Assembly: GCA_965216875.1 (NCBI GenBank)
Contig: OZ244207.1
Span: 448,001-512,000 of the forward strand
DNA from: Rubripirellula sp.
GTDB taxonomy: Bacteria > Planctomycetota > Planctomycetia > Pirellulales > Pirellulaceae
Direction of reading: 5' to 3'
Length of the DNA: 64,000 nucleotides
The first letter of the stretch is position 1; every line of letters starts with the position of its first letter. The notes beneath the pieces were generated by a model. It was given only the letters and a program-made list of their open reading frames with translations, was not told the DNA's origin and ran no database searches. The translations under genes and the position numbers were made by a program. Below are positions 47,996 through 58,170 of the stretch, in pieces.

Positions 47996-49443
47996 GCGAA
48001 AATCAAAAACAATATGAGCTTCTTCGCGACCTCGTGCTGGATGGACGGGCGACACAGGAAGAGGTCGACCAGCTCGAACAGCTCGTGCTTCAATCAAGTG
48101 AGTTGCGTCGGGACTATGCCGAGCATGCGCACCTGAACGCTGCACTCGCCTCGCATGCCGCACAACCGCCCGCCGTGATGCCGCCCGACATTGCTTCGGC
48201 AGGTAGCGACGACGCGCAAGCACTCGTGACCCCGCGATCAGCCAACCGTCATTGGGTCGGTAATCTGATCACACTCGCCGCCTGCATCGCGATGACGGTG
48301 GTTGGCACGTGGTACTGGATCGTTGCGCAAACACCCGATTATGCCTACATCCTGTCGACCGAGAATTGTCGTTGGGAGCAGTCGACTTTACCGACAAGCC
48401 CCAATCAGCCGCTAGGCGCGGGACGGCTCAAGCTCTCCGATGGGATTGCAACGCTGCGGTTTCCGCTGGTCAACGTCACGCTTGAAGGTCCGGTCGATTT
48501 CGAAGTGATCGACGATCGACATTGTCGCGTTCATTCAGGACGTGTCTTTGCGAACGTCGAAAAGGGAGGAGACGGTTTCGTCATCGAAACGCCCACCGCA
48601 ACACTCACGGATCGTGGCACGATGTTCGGTGTCAACGTTCTTGATTCGGGGGATTCCGATTTGCGAGTGGTGCATGGTGAAGTCGACGTTGCACCAGTAA
48701 CTCAAGACAAAGTTGTGACCGTCAAGAAGAACGAGAATCTGCGCATCACGCTCTCGGGCGTTGGCCCGATCGAATCGGCTGGTGAATCGAGTTTTGCGGA
48801 CACGATCTCGCAGCGCCCCGATACCTCCTTCCGATCGATTCAGATCTCAACCGCGATCGGCGCCGGCGATGATGCTTACATCAGTCGCAAGGAACTCCCG
48901 GCCAAGAGTTGCTCGGACGTTGCACTGCTGGTCAAACGCCCGCCCGCTGACGCGCCAGAGAGTTGGGGGCGGAAGTGGCAGCGCAAAGCGTTTTTGAAGT
49001 TTGACCTGTCATTGTTGGGCGGTGAGGAGATTCAAGACGCAACCTTGCAGTTGTACGGAGTCGCAACGGGAATGGGGTTTGCCTCGCTGATGCCCGACGC
49101 AACCTTTGTGGTTTATGGATTGACCGATGAAGGGCAAGACGATTGGACGCAGAGTTCGATTCAATGGGCTACGTCGCCAGCACAAGACCGCGACGAGTTG
49201 GATGTCGATCGGTCAAAGGTACAACTGCTCGGCAAGTTTCAGTGTCTGCAGTCGCAGCCGACGGGGCGTTTCGAGATTTCGGGTGCCGCACTCGCCGAGT
49301 TTTTGCGCAGTGACACCAATGGGATCGCAACACTGATCATCATCGGCCAGACCGTGGGCGAAGGGGAAGCCTACGTCCACGGATTCGCAAGCCGACGCCA
49401 TCCCGAATTGCCCGCGCCAACCCTTCGGTTGCGCGTGAAGTGA
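47992..49443 (+). CDS. FecR-type anti-sigma factor with C-terminal DNRLRE/CBM96-like domain
   Basis: GTGA overlap with the sigma gene; one TM; GFVIETP...DRGTMFGV...VVHGEV (FecR); DDAYI...KAFLKFDL...FASR..P..PTL. Confidence 0.85.
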   Translation: MSENQKQYELLRDLVLDGRATQEEVDQLEQLVLQSSELRRDYAEHAHLNAALASHAAQPPAVMPPDIASAGSDDAQALVTPRSANRHWVGNLITLAACIAMTVVGTWYWIVAQTPDYAYILSTENCRWEQSTLPTSPNQPLGAGRLKLSDGIATLRFPLVNVTLEGPVDFEVIDDRHCRVHSGRVFANVEKGGDGFVIETPTATLTDRGTMFGVNVLDSGDSDLRVVHGEVDVAPVTQDKVVTVKKNENLRITLSGVGPIESAGESSFADTISQRPDTSFRSIQISTAIGAGDDAYISRKELPAKSCSDVALLVKRPPADAPESWGRKWQRKAFLKFDLSLLGGEEIQDATLQLYGVATGMGFASLMPDATFVVYGLTDEGQDDWTQSSIQWATSPAQDRDELDVDRSKVQLLGKFQCLQSQPTGRFEISGAALAEFLRSDTNGIATLIIIGQTVGEGEAYVHGFASRRHPELPAPTLRLRVK

Positions 49444-49468
49444 TGGTCCGAAGCAATGTGAGCAGCCC

Positions 49469-49544
49469 GTAGCTACGCTCGCCAGAGCGTGGTGCAGTGT
49501 CGATCGGTTTGCGTGAAAGACCACCTTCTGGCGAAGGTAGCTAC
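49469..49544. repeat. GTAG REP doublet (dispersed copy of the array unit)
   Basis: gtagctacgctcgccagagcgtgg...ccaccttctggcgaaggtagctac. Confidence 0.9.
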
Positions 49545-49582
49545 GGTGCAACTGAGCGACTTCTAGACTTTCAGCCAGGTGG

Positions 49583-50914
49583 TCAAGGACGCTCGATGCA
49601 ATAGAGCGTCTTTGCACCTCGCAGGAACAACTGATTTCCGGCGATGGCGGGCGAAGCATCAAATCGCTCGTCAAGCCGGTTGGTTGCTTCGACTTCGACG
49701 CCGCCCCCACGGCTATGTTTGATCACCAACGTGACACCATTGCGTCCCACGATGTAGATGTGTCCTGACGCCGCAACGAGTGATGCATAGACATTCGATA
49801 GCCCATTCAGCCGAGATCGCTTGATCACTACATCGCCATTACGCGTTTCGACTGCCGAAAGTATCGCTTGATTCGATTGGGTGTAGTAGAGCACGCCGTC
49901 ATAGAGAACGGGCGAAGGCACGTAGGGTGTGCCCCCTTCCTTTGACCAAAGGATTTGGTCGCTTCCTGAGATGTCACCCTGGGCGGATAGGGGCAACGCA
50001 AGAAGCGAATAGCCTTGGTAGCCGCTCATGCAATAGACATGGTCACCATCGATCACTGGGTTGGGGATCACGTTTCCTGTCAGCCCGCTGCACTGCCAAA
50101 TGATCGATCCATCGGACAAGTCGTAGCTGCGAACAAAGTTTGACGCTGCGGTAACGACTTGGACCCTACCACTGTGCCGCACGATGCGCGGCGTCGCCCA
50201 GGCGTTTGGCTCATCACGATCCTGCTTCCAAACGGTGTCGCCCGTAGCCGCGTCGAGCACTTCGATACTCGATTGCCGTGAATGATCACGAACGATCACC
50301 AAGCGATCCTCGTACACGACCGGCGAGCAGCCTTCGCCCAAACTGGCGCCCATGTGCGCCTTGCCAAGATCACGTTGCCATAGCAGGTTGCCTTCCAAGT
50401 CGTAGCAGAACATCCCGGCGGAACCGAACCAACAGTAAAGGCGTTTGCCATCGGTGATGGGTGATGCCGACGCAAAGTCGTTGTCGTTGTGATGCCCTTC
50501 GTGGGGAACTTTCTCGGTCGCGACCTTACGCCAGAGCGTTTGGCCGGTCGCTCGATCAAGACAAAGCACGATGAACTGATAGGACGTGTTGGGGAATTTG
50601 ATACCAAAGACGCGTTTGGGTTGATCTTCGGGCTTCGGCAACGAGGGATCGACTTTGCCTGTGTTGAGTGCCGTCAAAAGAAACACCCGGTCACCCCAGA
50701 CGATTGGTGTCGAGCTACCTGAACCTTCGACTTCAACTTTCCAGAGAAGGTTCTCGTCTTCGCTCCAGGTCAAAGGTGGGTTTGCTGCAAGCGATGCGCC
50801 GGTTGCGTCGGGCCCTCGCCATTGATGCCAGTTGTCAGCGATTTCCTGACCAGAGAGTGATGGAGCACCGACACAAAGCGACAGTATCAAAGCACAAAGG
50901 AACCGATCAATCAC
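49583..50914 (-). CDS. PQQ-binding-like beta-propeller protein (planctomycete BamB-like family)
   Basis: WHQWRGP, GSSTPIVWGDRVF, ASASPITDG, PYVPSPV, ASPAIAGNQLFLR. Confidence 0.88.
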   Translation of the reverse strand: MIDRFLCALILSLCVGAPSLSGQEIADNWHQWRGPDATGASLAANPPLTWSEDENLLWKVEVEGSGSSTPIVWGDRVFLLTALNTGKVDPSLPKPEDQPKRVFGIKFPNTSYQFIVLCLDRATGQTLWRKVATEKVPHEGHHNDNDFASASPITDGKRLYCWFGSAGMFCYDLEGNLLWQRDLGKAHMGASLGEGCSPVVYEDRLVIVRDHSRQSSIEVLDAATGDTVWKQDRDEPNAWATPRIVRHSGRVQVVTAASNFVRSYDLSDGSIIWQCSGLTGNVIPNPVIDGDHVYCMSGYQGYSLLALPLSAQGDISGSDQILWSKEGGTPYVPSPVLYDGVLYYTQSNQAILSAVETRNGDVVIKRSRLNGLSNVYASLVAASGHIYIVGRNGVTLVIKHSRGGGVEVEATNRLDERFDASPAIAGNQLFLRGAKTLYCIERP

Positions 50915-51131
50915 TGCATCCAACTCGAAACGGGAGTCACTGGAGGGCAACTCGTTTGCCGATCGAGTTGCGTGTTCAGGAAGAGTTTAGACGATTCCGG
51001 TCACTGACCCCATCAAGCTAGCCGCTAATTCGTGCAATCCGTCTGATTCGTGGCCAAGGTCTTCTTTTCCGGTCTATTGCAGCTGGGAGAGTGACCGAAA
51101 CTTTGAACTCGTCGATACATAGCGATACGTG

Positions 51132-51371
51132 TTAGCTGTCGCCGAGCTCGCTTAGGGCCTCGAGCAGTGCGCTATGTTCGTCTTTGCAACAGGGGCACTG
51201 CTCGATGTGTCGTTTGACCGCAATCAGCGCGTCGGGGATTTCGCTGCCGGCGAGTTCCAGTTCCACGAATTCGGCAAGGTGCTCAAAACACTTGTCGCAA
51301 TCGAGCGCATCATCGCGTGCTTGCGCAACACGCTTTAAGAGCGCTTTGGTGTCTTCTTCGGAAAGGGTCAT
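51132..51371 (-). CDS. Soluble zinc-binding anti-sigma factor (ZAS / zf-HC2)
   Basis: CDKC...HIEQCPCC (Hx3Cx2C); follows the ECF sigma gene; GAGGA RBS. Confidence 0.75.
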   Translation of the reverse strand: MTLSEEDTKALLKRVAQARDDALDCDKCFEHLAEFVELELAGSEIPDALIAVKRHIEQCPCCKDEHSALLEALSELGDS

Positions 51372-51381
51372 GTCATGTTCC

Positions 51382-51978
51382 TCACGCAAACGCTGTCGTC
51401 AGATCTTCTGCGACGATCCCCGCCTTTTCGAGGCCTTGCCGTAACTTCAGTTTCGCATCGTGGATCAGTTTGTAAACCGAATTTCGGTTGCTGCCGCTTT
51501 TTTCCGCGATCACTTCGACTGGCATTCCCGAGAGTGACGAACGAATCGCAAAACGTTGTTTCTCGGTGAGTTCACTATCGATCAGCTCTTGTAGTTTTTC
51601 CAACAACGACTGACGCTCAAGTTTCGTATCAACCTGCTGGCTATCATCAACTGCGACATCGATCTTCATGGCGTCCTCGTTCGAGAACGCGTCGATCGAG
51701 ACATCCTTGTAATGCCGTCTTCGCATTTCGCTGATCGCCGTTCGGGTGGCGATGGTCATTGCCCAGGTCGTAAACCGACTGCGGCCAGCGAATTGGTCGA
51801 GCGAATCCAGGATCTTCAACAGCGCTTCTTGCACCACATCATCGGGTTGCAGTTTCCCGCCATAGCGGGCCGACATCGACTTGGACAATCCACGTACCAG
51901 CAAGTCTCGTAACTCTTCGATCGCGGCTTGTTGGTCAGGTGAATCGGCGCGCAGCCGCTTCACCCACGCATTGTCCAT
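51382..51978 (-). CDS. ECF sigma factor
   Basis: DDVVQEALLKI...FAGRSRFTTWAMTIA; LTEKQR...NRNSVYKLIHDAKLKL; start uncertain. Confidence 0.88.
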   Translation of the reverse strand: MDNAWVKRLRADSPDQQAAIEELRDLLVRGLSKSMSARYGGKLQPDDVVQEALLKILDSLDQFAGRSRFTTWAMTIATRTAISEMRRRHYKDVSIDAFSNEDAMKIDVAVDDSQQVDTKLERQSLLEKLQELIDSELTEKQRFAIRSSLSGMPVEVIAEKSGSNRNSVYKLIHDAKLKLRQGLEKAGIVAEDLTTAFA

Positions 51979-52364
51979 CGTCCCATCTCGAGTGTTAGCG
52001 GTGGTCACGTCATTGCTCTCCAAACCATCGACGCAGTCCAAATGGGTCGCCACTGATCAATCGGTCAAGTTAACAGATCGACCAGATTAGGTTTGGTTAC
52101 AAACGTGATTCGCCGCCTACGAATCTGACGCCCATCGGCTAAGAAGCCTTACGAAAAACTTTTGAAAAAGAGGATAAGAGTCCCCGAGATTCAAATGGCC
52201 AACGACTCGCTCATTCCGTCATGGGCTCGGTTTGCCGTCCCAAACGGTCGTGTTTTGGGCGACACAAAGAAAAAGTGGTCCAGCCCCGTAAGAGACCATC
52301 GGGGCGATGCGTCCCAAAAACATCCCAACCGCATTCCTTTCTTTCATTTGAGAGTTATCGAGCG

Positions 52365-53072
52365 ATGATTGCGACAGCCACAATGCCGACCAGCACATTG
52401 ACGCTACCACAACCAACGTCCATGTCTGCCCAACAAACCATTGAATGGGCCGACGAGCATTTTGGCGACGGTCTCGTGATGAGCACCAGTTTTGGCATCC
52501 AATCCGCAGTGACTTTGCATTTGGTCACACAGGTCCGACCAAACATCCCCGTGATCTGGGTCGATACGGGATACCTTCCCGAGCGGACGTACCACTATGC
52601 AAACGACCTTACCCAGCGACTGAACCTCAACTTGCATGTCGCTCGCTCGCCAATGTCACCGGCGCTGATGGAGCGCCGCTACGGACGGTTGTGGGAAAGC
52701 GACCAATTGGAAGACCTCAACCTGTACGATCAGATCCGCAAAGTGCAGCCGATGCAAACGGCGCTAGACGAGTTGGGGGCGACCGGATGGATCTCTGGCA
52801 TTCGTGCTGACCAAACCGATTACCGACGGAACTTGAACAAAGTCAAACAAACCGAAAACCGGACTCGCGTCTATCCGATCCTCGATTGGTCGTCGCGTGA
52901 TGTGTACTACTACATGAAACAGTTTGCATTGCCACAGCATCCGCTCTTCGACGAAGGCTATGAAACGGTCGGAGACGCTCATTCGAGCCGTCCTGTCAAT
53001 CAATGGGATACCGACGCGCGAGACAGCCGGTTCCGAGGCAAGAAGCAAGAATGTGGTCTGCACATCGCGTAA
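52365..53072 (+). CDS. cysH: Phosphoadenylyl-sulfate (PAPS) reductase, thioredoxin-dependent
   Basis: STSFGIQS, DTGY, SGIRADQ, GYETVGD, ECGLH; lacks the CC...CxxC Fe-S motif of APS reductases. Confidence 0.92.
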   Translation: MIATATMPTSTLTLPQPTSMSAQQTIEWADEHFGDGLVMSTSFGIQSAVTLHLVTQVRPNIPVIWVDTGYLPERTYHYANDLTQRLNLNLHVARSPMSPALMERRYGRLWESDQLEDLNLYDQIRKVQPMQTALDELGATGWISGIRADQTDYRRNLNKVKQTENRTRVYPILDWSSRDVYYYMKQFALPQHPLFDEGYETVGDAHSSRPVNQWDTDARDSRFRGKKQECGLHIA

Positions 53073-53096
53073 ACGCAGTGATGAGCTTGATCCGTC

Positions 53097-53302
53097 GTAG
53101 TACCGAGCTTTAGCCGGAATCTTCACGTTCTGCCGCCTGAAGGCGGGACTACAAACGGGGCGCGGTTTGGAAGAGAAGACCACCTTCTGGCGAAGGTAGC
53201 TACAAAGAGGCGTTCGAGCAGCCCGTAGCTACGCTCGCCAGAGCGTGGTGAAGCGTTGAGTGTTTTGCGAAGAGAAGAGCACCTTCTGGCGAAGGTAGCT
53301 AC
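53097..53302. repeat. REP cluster: GTAG-TACC/GTAG-TCCC doublet (53097-53152) plus three GTAG-CTAC REPs (53180-53302)
   Basis: Matches the 18824 copy and the 60662 array, including the AAGAGGCGTTCGAGCAGCCC linker. Confidence 0.88.
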
Positions 53303-53313
53303 AAAAACCGGTA

Positions 53314-54267
53314 TCACTTCCGTGCTGCTGCCAAAACCTGATTCATCCATTGCCAAGTTTTCGTTCGGTAGCGACTTGGTTTAAGAAGCCACGTATCGTT
53401 GTGAGCCGCTTTGGCAAACGCGTTAGGGAAAGGGCCAAGGGCCTCGGCCGTTTTCACGTCACTGAATGTGAAGTTTGATGTTGGTCCAAGCACTGAACGA
53501 ACGAAGGCTTCGGATGCTGCGCTCGTTCCATTTTGACTGACCAAGTAAGGGCGGTCACGGACTTGCTTGAGTCGCACTGCTGCATCTTGTTGATACGTTG
53601 CAAGTGGTGATCCCCAGTCGGTTCCTCGCCACTCTCGGACTCCATCGAAGTGGTCGTGGGTGACAAATGCGGTCCACAGTTTCGAAACCTCGTCATCGTG
53701 CAGGCCAAGGAAGTTGACGCCGATGGCGCCCCGGGAAAATCCACACAGGAACACGGCATTCGGGTCGCCGTTGTAGGACTTGAGAATTGAGGGCACGTTT
53801 CTTTTTGCGTAGGCGATTGTTGCGCCGACATCGCCCCACCACGTCCGCTGGTTGTCCTTGCCATCGTTGCTGATGTAGGGAAGTGAAACCCAGATAAACT
53901 TGCCAGCGGACAAACCGTACCCCAGCCCGGCGTCTTCGGGCTCGCCGCTTGAGCCGCTTGCCGGAAAGAGATTCCCGGTGTATTCGAAGATCACCGGAAG
54001 CGGTTGGGAGTCGGGACGCCAATTCGGCGGCAGGTACAACGTGTGGAAAACGTCTGTGTCCGCGTATTGGCTGGTGCGTACGATGACGCGTTTTCCGGCG
54101 CCCGGTTCACCATCGCTCAATGGGGGAACCTTCAAAACGAGCTGCGAGTCGACGTCGAGCAACGGACCCTCTGCTGAGGCGTTTGAGGCCAGCGCGAGCA
54201 GGAGCAGGAAACTGAGTAGGCGTACCAACGGAAGATCCTGGGTGTGTTTTCGAAACCGTTTGATCAC
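53314..54267 (-). CDS. Secreted alpha/beta hydrolase
   Basis: Signal-like segment; YLPPNW..PLPVI; nucleophile elbow GFSRG; AHND. Confidence 0.7.
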   Translation of the reverse strand: MIKRFRKHTQDLPLVRLLSFLLLLALASNASAEGPLLDVDSQLVLKVPPLSDGEPGAGKRVIVRTSQYADTDVFHTLYLPPNWRPDSQPLPVIFEYTGNLFPASGSSGEPEDAGLGYGLSAGKFIWVSLPYISNDGKDNQRTWWGDVGATIAYAKRNVPSILKSYNGDPNAVFLCGFSRGAIGVNFLGLHDDEVSKLWTAFVTHDHFDGVREWRGTDWGSPLATYQQDAAVRLKQVRDRPYLVSQNGTSAASEAFVRSVLGPTSNFTFSDVKTAEALGPFPNAFAKAAHNDTWLLKPSRYRTKTWQWMNQVLAAARK

Positions 54268-54370
54268 GTTTTGTGGCCGTTGGGCAAAGCGCCCTCATGG
54301 ACGTCCGGCGCACCGTCAAACAGAATACCCTCCTACAAAACTTACGCGATGATTCGAAATTGAAATTAGC

Positions 54371-55261
54371 ATGCTTCAGGGCATTTTTCCGGTCATTCCG
54401 ACCCTCTTTACTGACGCCGACGAAATCGATGCCGAAGCCGTTTGCTCGGTCGTTCGGTTTGCACTCGATGCGGGGGCCCATGGGATTGTGTTCCCTGGCG
54501 TTGCGAGCGAATACAACTTCTTGACCGTCGACGAACGCAATTCGCTGATGACGGCGGTTCACGACGAGGTTGCTGGACGCGTGCCAATCATCGGTGGGGC
54601 GAGTGCACCGACCAGTGAAGAGGTCATCACGGTCGGTCAGAACGCGATCGATCACGGAATCGAACATCTGATGATCATGGCGCCGAATCGACTGGGTGAT
54701 GACGTTAGCGCGCACCAGGCTTTTTTCGCAGACGTCAGCCGCGGTTTGCCCCAAGCCGAGATCCTGCTGCAAAACGCGCCGTCGCCCATCGGCGCGGGAC
54801 TCGATGCCGATTCCATCATTGCGATCGCGACGTCGAATCCGGCGATCACCTACGTCAAAGAAGAAACGCTTCCCTCGGGGCCGACGATCACGAAGGTCAT
54901 TGAATCCAAGGTCCCTCACCTCAAAGCGATGTTTGGCGGTGGGGGAGCGAGGTTCATTGTCGACGAACTTGCTCGAGGCGCGATGGCCGCCTTGCCGGCC
55001 GTCGAATTGACCGACCTACACGTTGCGATTTACAACGCATTTGTGGAAGGTGACCAAACACATGCGCGACATCTGTACCGGCTCAGCCTGCCTTTGTTGC
55101 TCTGTCAATCGATCTACCGGATGCGGCTGACCAAATACGTCTTGAAGCTGCGAGGAGTTGCGGATCGCCAACGAGTACGAGCGGCCTTGCCGGAGATGGA
55201 CGCTCACACTCAACGCGACATTGATGCAATGTGGGAACAGTTGCGGAGCGATTTTGCATGA
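54371..55261 (+). CDS. DHDPS/NAL family protein, probably a 2-keto-3-deoxy sugar-acid dehydratase or aldolase
   Basis: GIFPVIPT, GVASE, LQNAP, Schiff-base lysine in YVKEE. Confidence 0.8.
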   Translation: MLQGIFPVIPTLFTDADEIDAEAVCSVVRFALDAGAHGIVFPGVASEYNFLTVDERNSLMTAVHDEVAGRVPIIGGASAPTSEEVITVGQNAIDHGIEHLMIMAPNRLGDDVSAHQAFFADVSRGLPQAEILLQNAPSPIGAGLDADSIIAIATSNPAITYVKEETLPSGPTITKVIESKVPHLKAMFGGGGARFIVDELARGAMAALPAVELTDLHVAIYNAFVEGDQTHARHLYRLSLPLLLCQSIYRMRLTKYVLKLRGVADRQRVRAALPEMDAHTQRDIDAMWEQLRSDFA

Positions 55262-56457
55262 CCGCAACTGACCCGCAGAGTCACATTGACCCGGTTGAAG
55301 CGATCGAGGTCTATGTCGTCGATTTGCGTCAAGACAAACCGTACCTGGGCGATTTGCGCGACGGCGAAACGGTCAATGCAAACGGCTACTTCGTTCGCAA
55401 AGGGAATCGAACGGTTTATCCACGCAGCAATCGTTCGCTCGTGGTGCGCGTCGTGACCGAGCAGGGTGTCGAAGGGTGGGGGGAAACGTACGGCTTGGTC
55501 GCACCGCAAGCAACCGCCGCGATCATCAATGATCTCCTCGCCAGTTTCGTGATCGGGCGTCATGCTGGCGAACGAGAATCCTTGCACGACGAACTCTTTG
55601 ACTTGATGCGCGTGCGAGGTTACACCGGGGGATTCTATGTCGATGCACTCGCAGCCATCGACATCGCACTTTGGGATATCGCCGGCAAGCAGGCCGGATT
55701 GTCCGTCGCTCAATTGGCGGGGGGCGTCCAGCACGAAACAATCGCGGCCTACGTCTCGGGCCTTCCTGAAAAGACGCTCGCCCAGCGGTGTGACCTTGCC
55801 GAGCGATGGCAGGAACGAGGATTCGACTCGTTCAAATTTGCGATGCCGGTTGCCGACGATGGAGTGGTTCACGAATTGCGTGCGCTGCGTGAGCGACTTG
55901 GCGAATCCGCAAAGATCGCATGCGACATGCACTGGGCTTTCGATGCGGACGAAGCGATCGAGATTGCGAAACAAACGGCGGGTGACCGCCCTTGGTTTCT
56001 CGAGGCCCCCGTTGCCCCTGAAGAAATTGCACAACTGTGCCGCGTCGCTCAAGAAAGTGGCCAGACCATCGCGGCGGGTGAAGAGTGGCGGACGCTGTTC
56101 GATGCAAAGCTCCGCATTGACGCCGGCGCCTGCCACATTGTTCAGCCTGAAATGGGGCACACGGGAATCACTCAGTTCTTGCGAATCGGCCGGTATGCTC
56201 AATCGCGAAACGTTCCAGTGATCCCACACGCAACCATCGGGTCGGGCATCTTTCTGGCCGCCAGTTTGCAGGCGAGCGCCGCACTAGGTGGGGTGGTGGC
56301 ACATGAGTTTCAGCATTCGATCTTTGAGCCTTTCCGGTACTTTACCGGAGACGCGTTGACCTGTGAAAAGGGCAGGTACAGCATTCCACGTGGACATGGT
56401 CTTGGCGTCGAGCCGTCGGATCAAATGCGTTCTCACATGCAGCGGATTAAGCCATGA
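55258..56457 (+). CDS. Mandelate racemase/enolase superfamily acid-sugar dehydratase
   Basis: GWGE, AAIDIALWDIAGK, metal ligands CDMH / LEAP / GEE, QPE and IPH; ATGA overlap with the upstream gene. Confidence 0.88.
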   Translation: MTATDPQSHIDPVEAIEVYVVDLRQDKPYLGDLRDGETVNANGYFVRKGNRTVYPRSNRSLVVRVVTEQGVEGWGETYGLVAPQATAAIINDLLASFVIGRHAGERESLHDELFDLMRVRGYTGGFYVDALAAIDIALWDIAGKQAGLSVAQLAGGVQHETIAAYVSGLPEKTLAQRCDLAERWQERGFDSFKFAMPVADDGVVHELRALRERLGESAKIACDMHWAFDADEAIEIAKQTAGDRPWFLEAPVAPEEIAQLCRVAQESGQTIAAGEEWRTLFDAKLRIDAGACHIVQPEMGHTGITQFLRIGRYAQSRNVPVIPHATIGSGIFLAASLQASAALGGVVAHEFQHSIFEPFRYFTGDALTCEKGRYSIPRGHGLGVEPSDQMRSHMQRIKP

Positions 56458-58148
56458 CCACAGCCGATTACTTGACGCTGCTTTTGTACGTTGCCGGTGT
56501 TTTCGCAATCAGTACCTTTGCGGCGCGACGAACGCGAAGCCAAAAAGACATGTTCTCGGCTGGGGGCCAGTCCCCTTGGTGGGCATCAGGACTGAGCGGG
56601 TTCATGACGATGTTCTCGGCGGGAACGTTCGTTGTGTGGGGCGGCATTGCGTACGAGCTTGGTTTCGTCGCCGTCATGATCAACACATGTTACGGAATCG
56701 CCGCGTTGTTGGCGGGCTATTTCGTAGCCGGGCGCTGGAATCGGCTTGGAGTGGCAACGCCGGCCGAATATGTCAGTTTGAGGTTTGGCAAAACCGGATT
56801 GCACTTTTTCACTTGGACCATGTTGGTCAAGCGAATCTTGGGAGTGTCCGTTTCGCTGTACGCGCTTGCGGTATTGCTTGTCGCGATCATTCCGATCGAT
56901 CAAACACTTGCGATCGTTTTGTTCGGCGGCATTGTCATCTTGTACACAATGCAAGGTGGCCTTTGGGCCGTTCTGATGACCGACGTTTTGCAGTTCATCG
57001 TGTTGACCGTTGTTGTTTTCATGGTTGCCCTGATGATGTTGGGTAACTTTCATGACTTCGCCGATTTCGCAACCAAGGTGCCCGACACCTTTTTCAAACC
57101 GGTCGCCGGACAATACGGTTGGTTCTTTCTGTTCGGTTGGGTCACGATCCACTTTTTCATGATCGGAGCCGAGTGGGCTTTTGTGCAAAGGTTCATTGCC
57201 GTTCGCTCACCCGCGGACGCGAGGAAGTCGGCCTACCTGTTTGGCGTCATGTATTTGCTGACGCCGTTGTTCTGGCTGTTGCCGCCGATTTTGTTTCGCG
57301 CCCAAGTGCCTGATGCCAACAAAGAAGAGGCCTACATTCTGGCGGCCCAATCGGTGCTTCCACCCGGTGTTTTAGGGTTGATGGTGGCGGCGATGTTCAG
57401 TGCCACCGCGAGTATGGTGAGTAGTCAGCTCAATGTTTTTGCGGGAGTCCTCACCAACGATTTCTACAAGACGCTCGTGGCGCCTGACGCATCAGAAAAA
57501 ACGCTCGTGCGCATGGGACGGTTTTTCACGGTCCTGCTTGGAACGCTGCTCGTCTTTACTGCCGTTATGGTGCCCTACCTGGGCGGGGCCGAAAAGTTGA
57601 TCATCTCAATCAATTCTCTTCTGGTTGTTCCGCTCTTTGCGCCCACTCTGTGGGGGCTGTTTAGCAAACGGATCGGGATTCGTGAAATGATCATCGTTGC
57701 GCTGACCAGCTTCGCGATCGGGCTCACTCTCCGATTCGGATTTGCCACCAACCCCTATATCACGAGTGATTCTTCGCTGTACGGATTCGCCTCGTTCCTT
57801 TCAGAGAACTCAAAGAAGGTCGAGGTGGTTGTCGGTGTGTTGATTCCAATCATCATGCTGATCGGGTTTGAAATGGCATCCCGCCGCGAGGATAGCGGCG
57901 CGAAGTTGCTCGAGGAACACTTCGATCAACACTCTGATGCAGCAGGCGATTCGGGCAGCGAAGTGTTTGACCCGTTCCCAGCAAGAATGGTCATGTTTAG
58001 CATGCTTGTGATGGCAATTTGGATGCTGCTGTTGGCGCTCTCTGTCGATAGCGGCCATGCGGCTCTGTACTCGTTGAGCATCGTGCTGTTGGCTGCTTCA
58101 GGGATTGTGGGCGCCGCCATTGGTATTGCCAAAGGTAGGAACGCCTGA
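56454..58148 (+). CDS. Sodium:solute symporter (SSS family)
   Basis: PWWASGLS..MTMFSAGTF, YTMQGGLWAVLMTDVLQF, many TM segments. Confidence 0.9.
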   Translation: MTTADYLTLLLYVAGVFAISTFAARRTRSQKDMFSAGGQSPWWASGLSGFMTMFSAGTFVVWGGIAYELGFVAVMINTCYGIAALLAGYFVAGRWNRLGVATPAEYVSLRFGKTGLHFFTWTMLVKRILGVSVSLYALAVLLVAIIPIDQTLAIVLFGGIVILYTMQGGLWAVLMTDVLQFIVLTVVVFMVALMMLGNFHDFADFATKVPDTFFKPVAGQYGWFFLFGWVTIHFFMIGAEWAFVQRFIAVRSPADARKSAYLFGVMYLLTPLFWLLPPILFRAQVPDANKEEAYILAAQSVLPPGVLGLMVAAMFSATASMVSSQLNVFAGVLTNDFYKTLVAPDASEKTLVRMGRFFTVLLGTLLVFTAVMVPYLGGAEKLIISINSLLVVPLFAPTLWGLFSKRIGIREMIIVALTSFAIGLTLRFGFATNPYITSDSSLYGFASFLSENSKKVEVVVGVLIPIIMLIGFEMASRREDSGAKLLEEHFDQHSDAAGDSGSEVFDPFPARMVMFSMLVMAIWMLLLALSVDSGHAALYSLSIVLLAASGIVGAAIGIAKGRNA

Positions 58149-58170
58149 GCCTTTTTCCGGGACTGAATTG

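Noticed and set aside
52054..52364. SAM riboswitch or other leader RNA upstream of cysH
   Set aside because: No SAM-I or SAM-II consensus could be identified; only weak hairpins are present.
54371..55261. dapA (lysine biosynthesis)
   Set aside because: It lacks GTTGE and the catalytic Tyr, and its context is sugar-acid catabolism.
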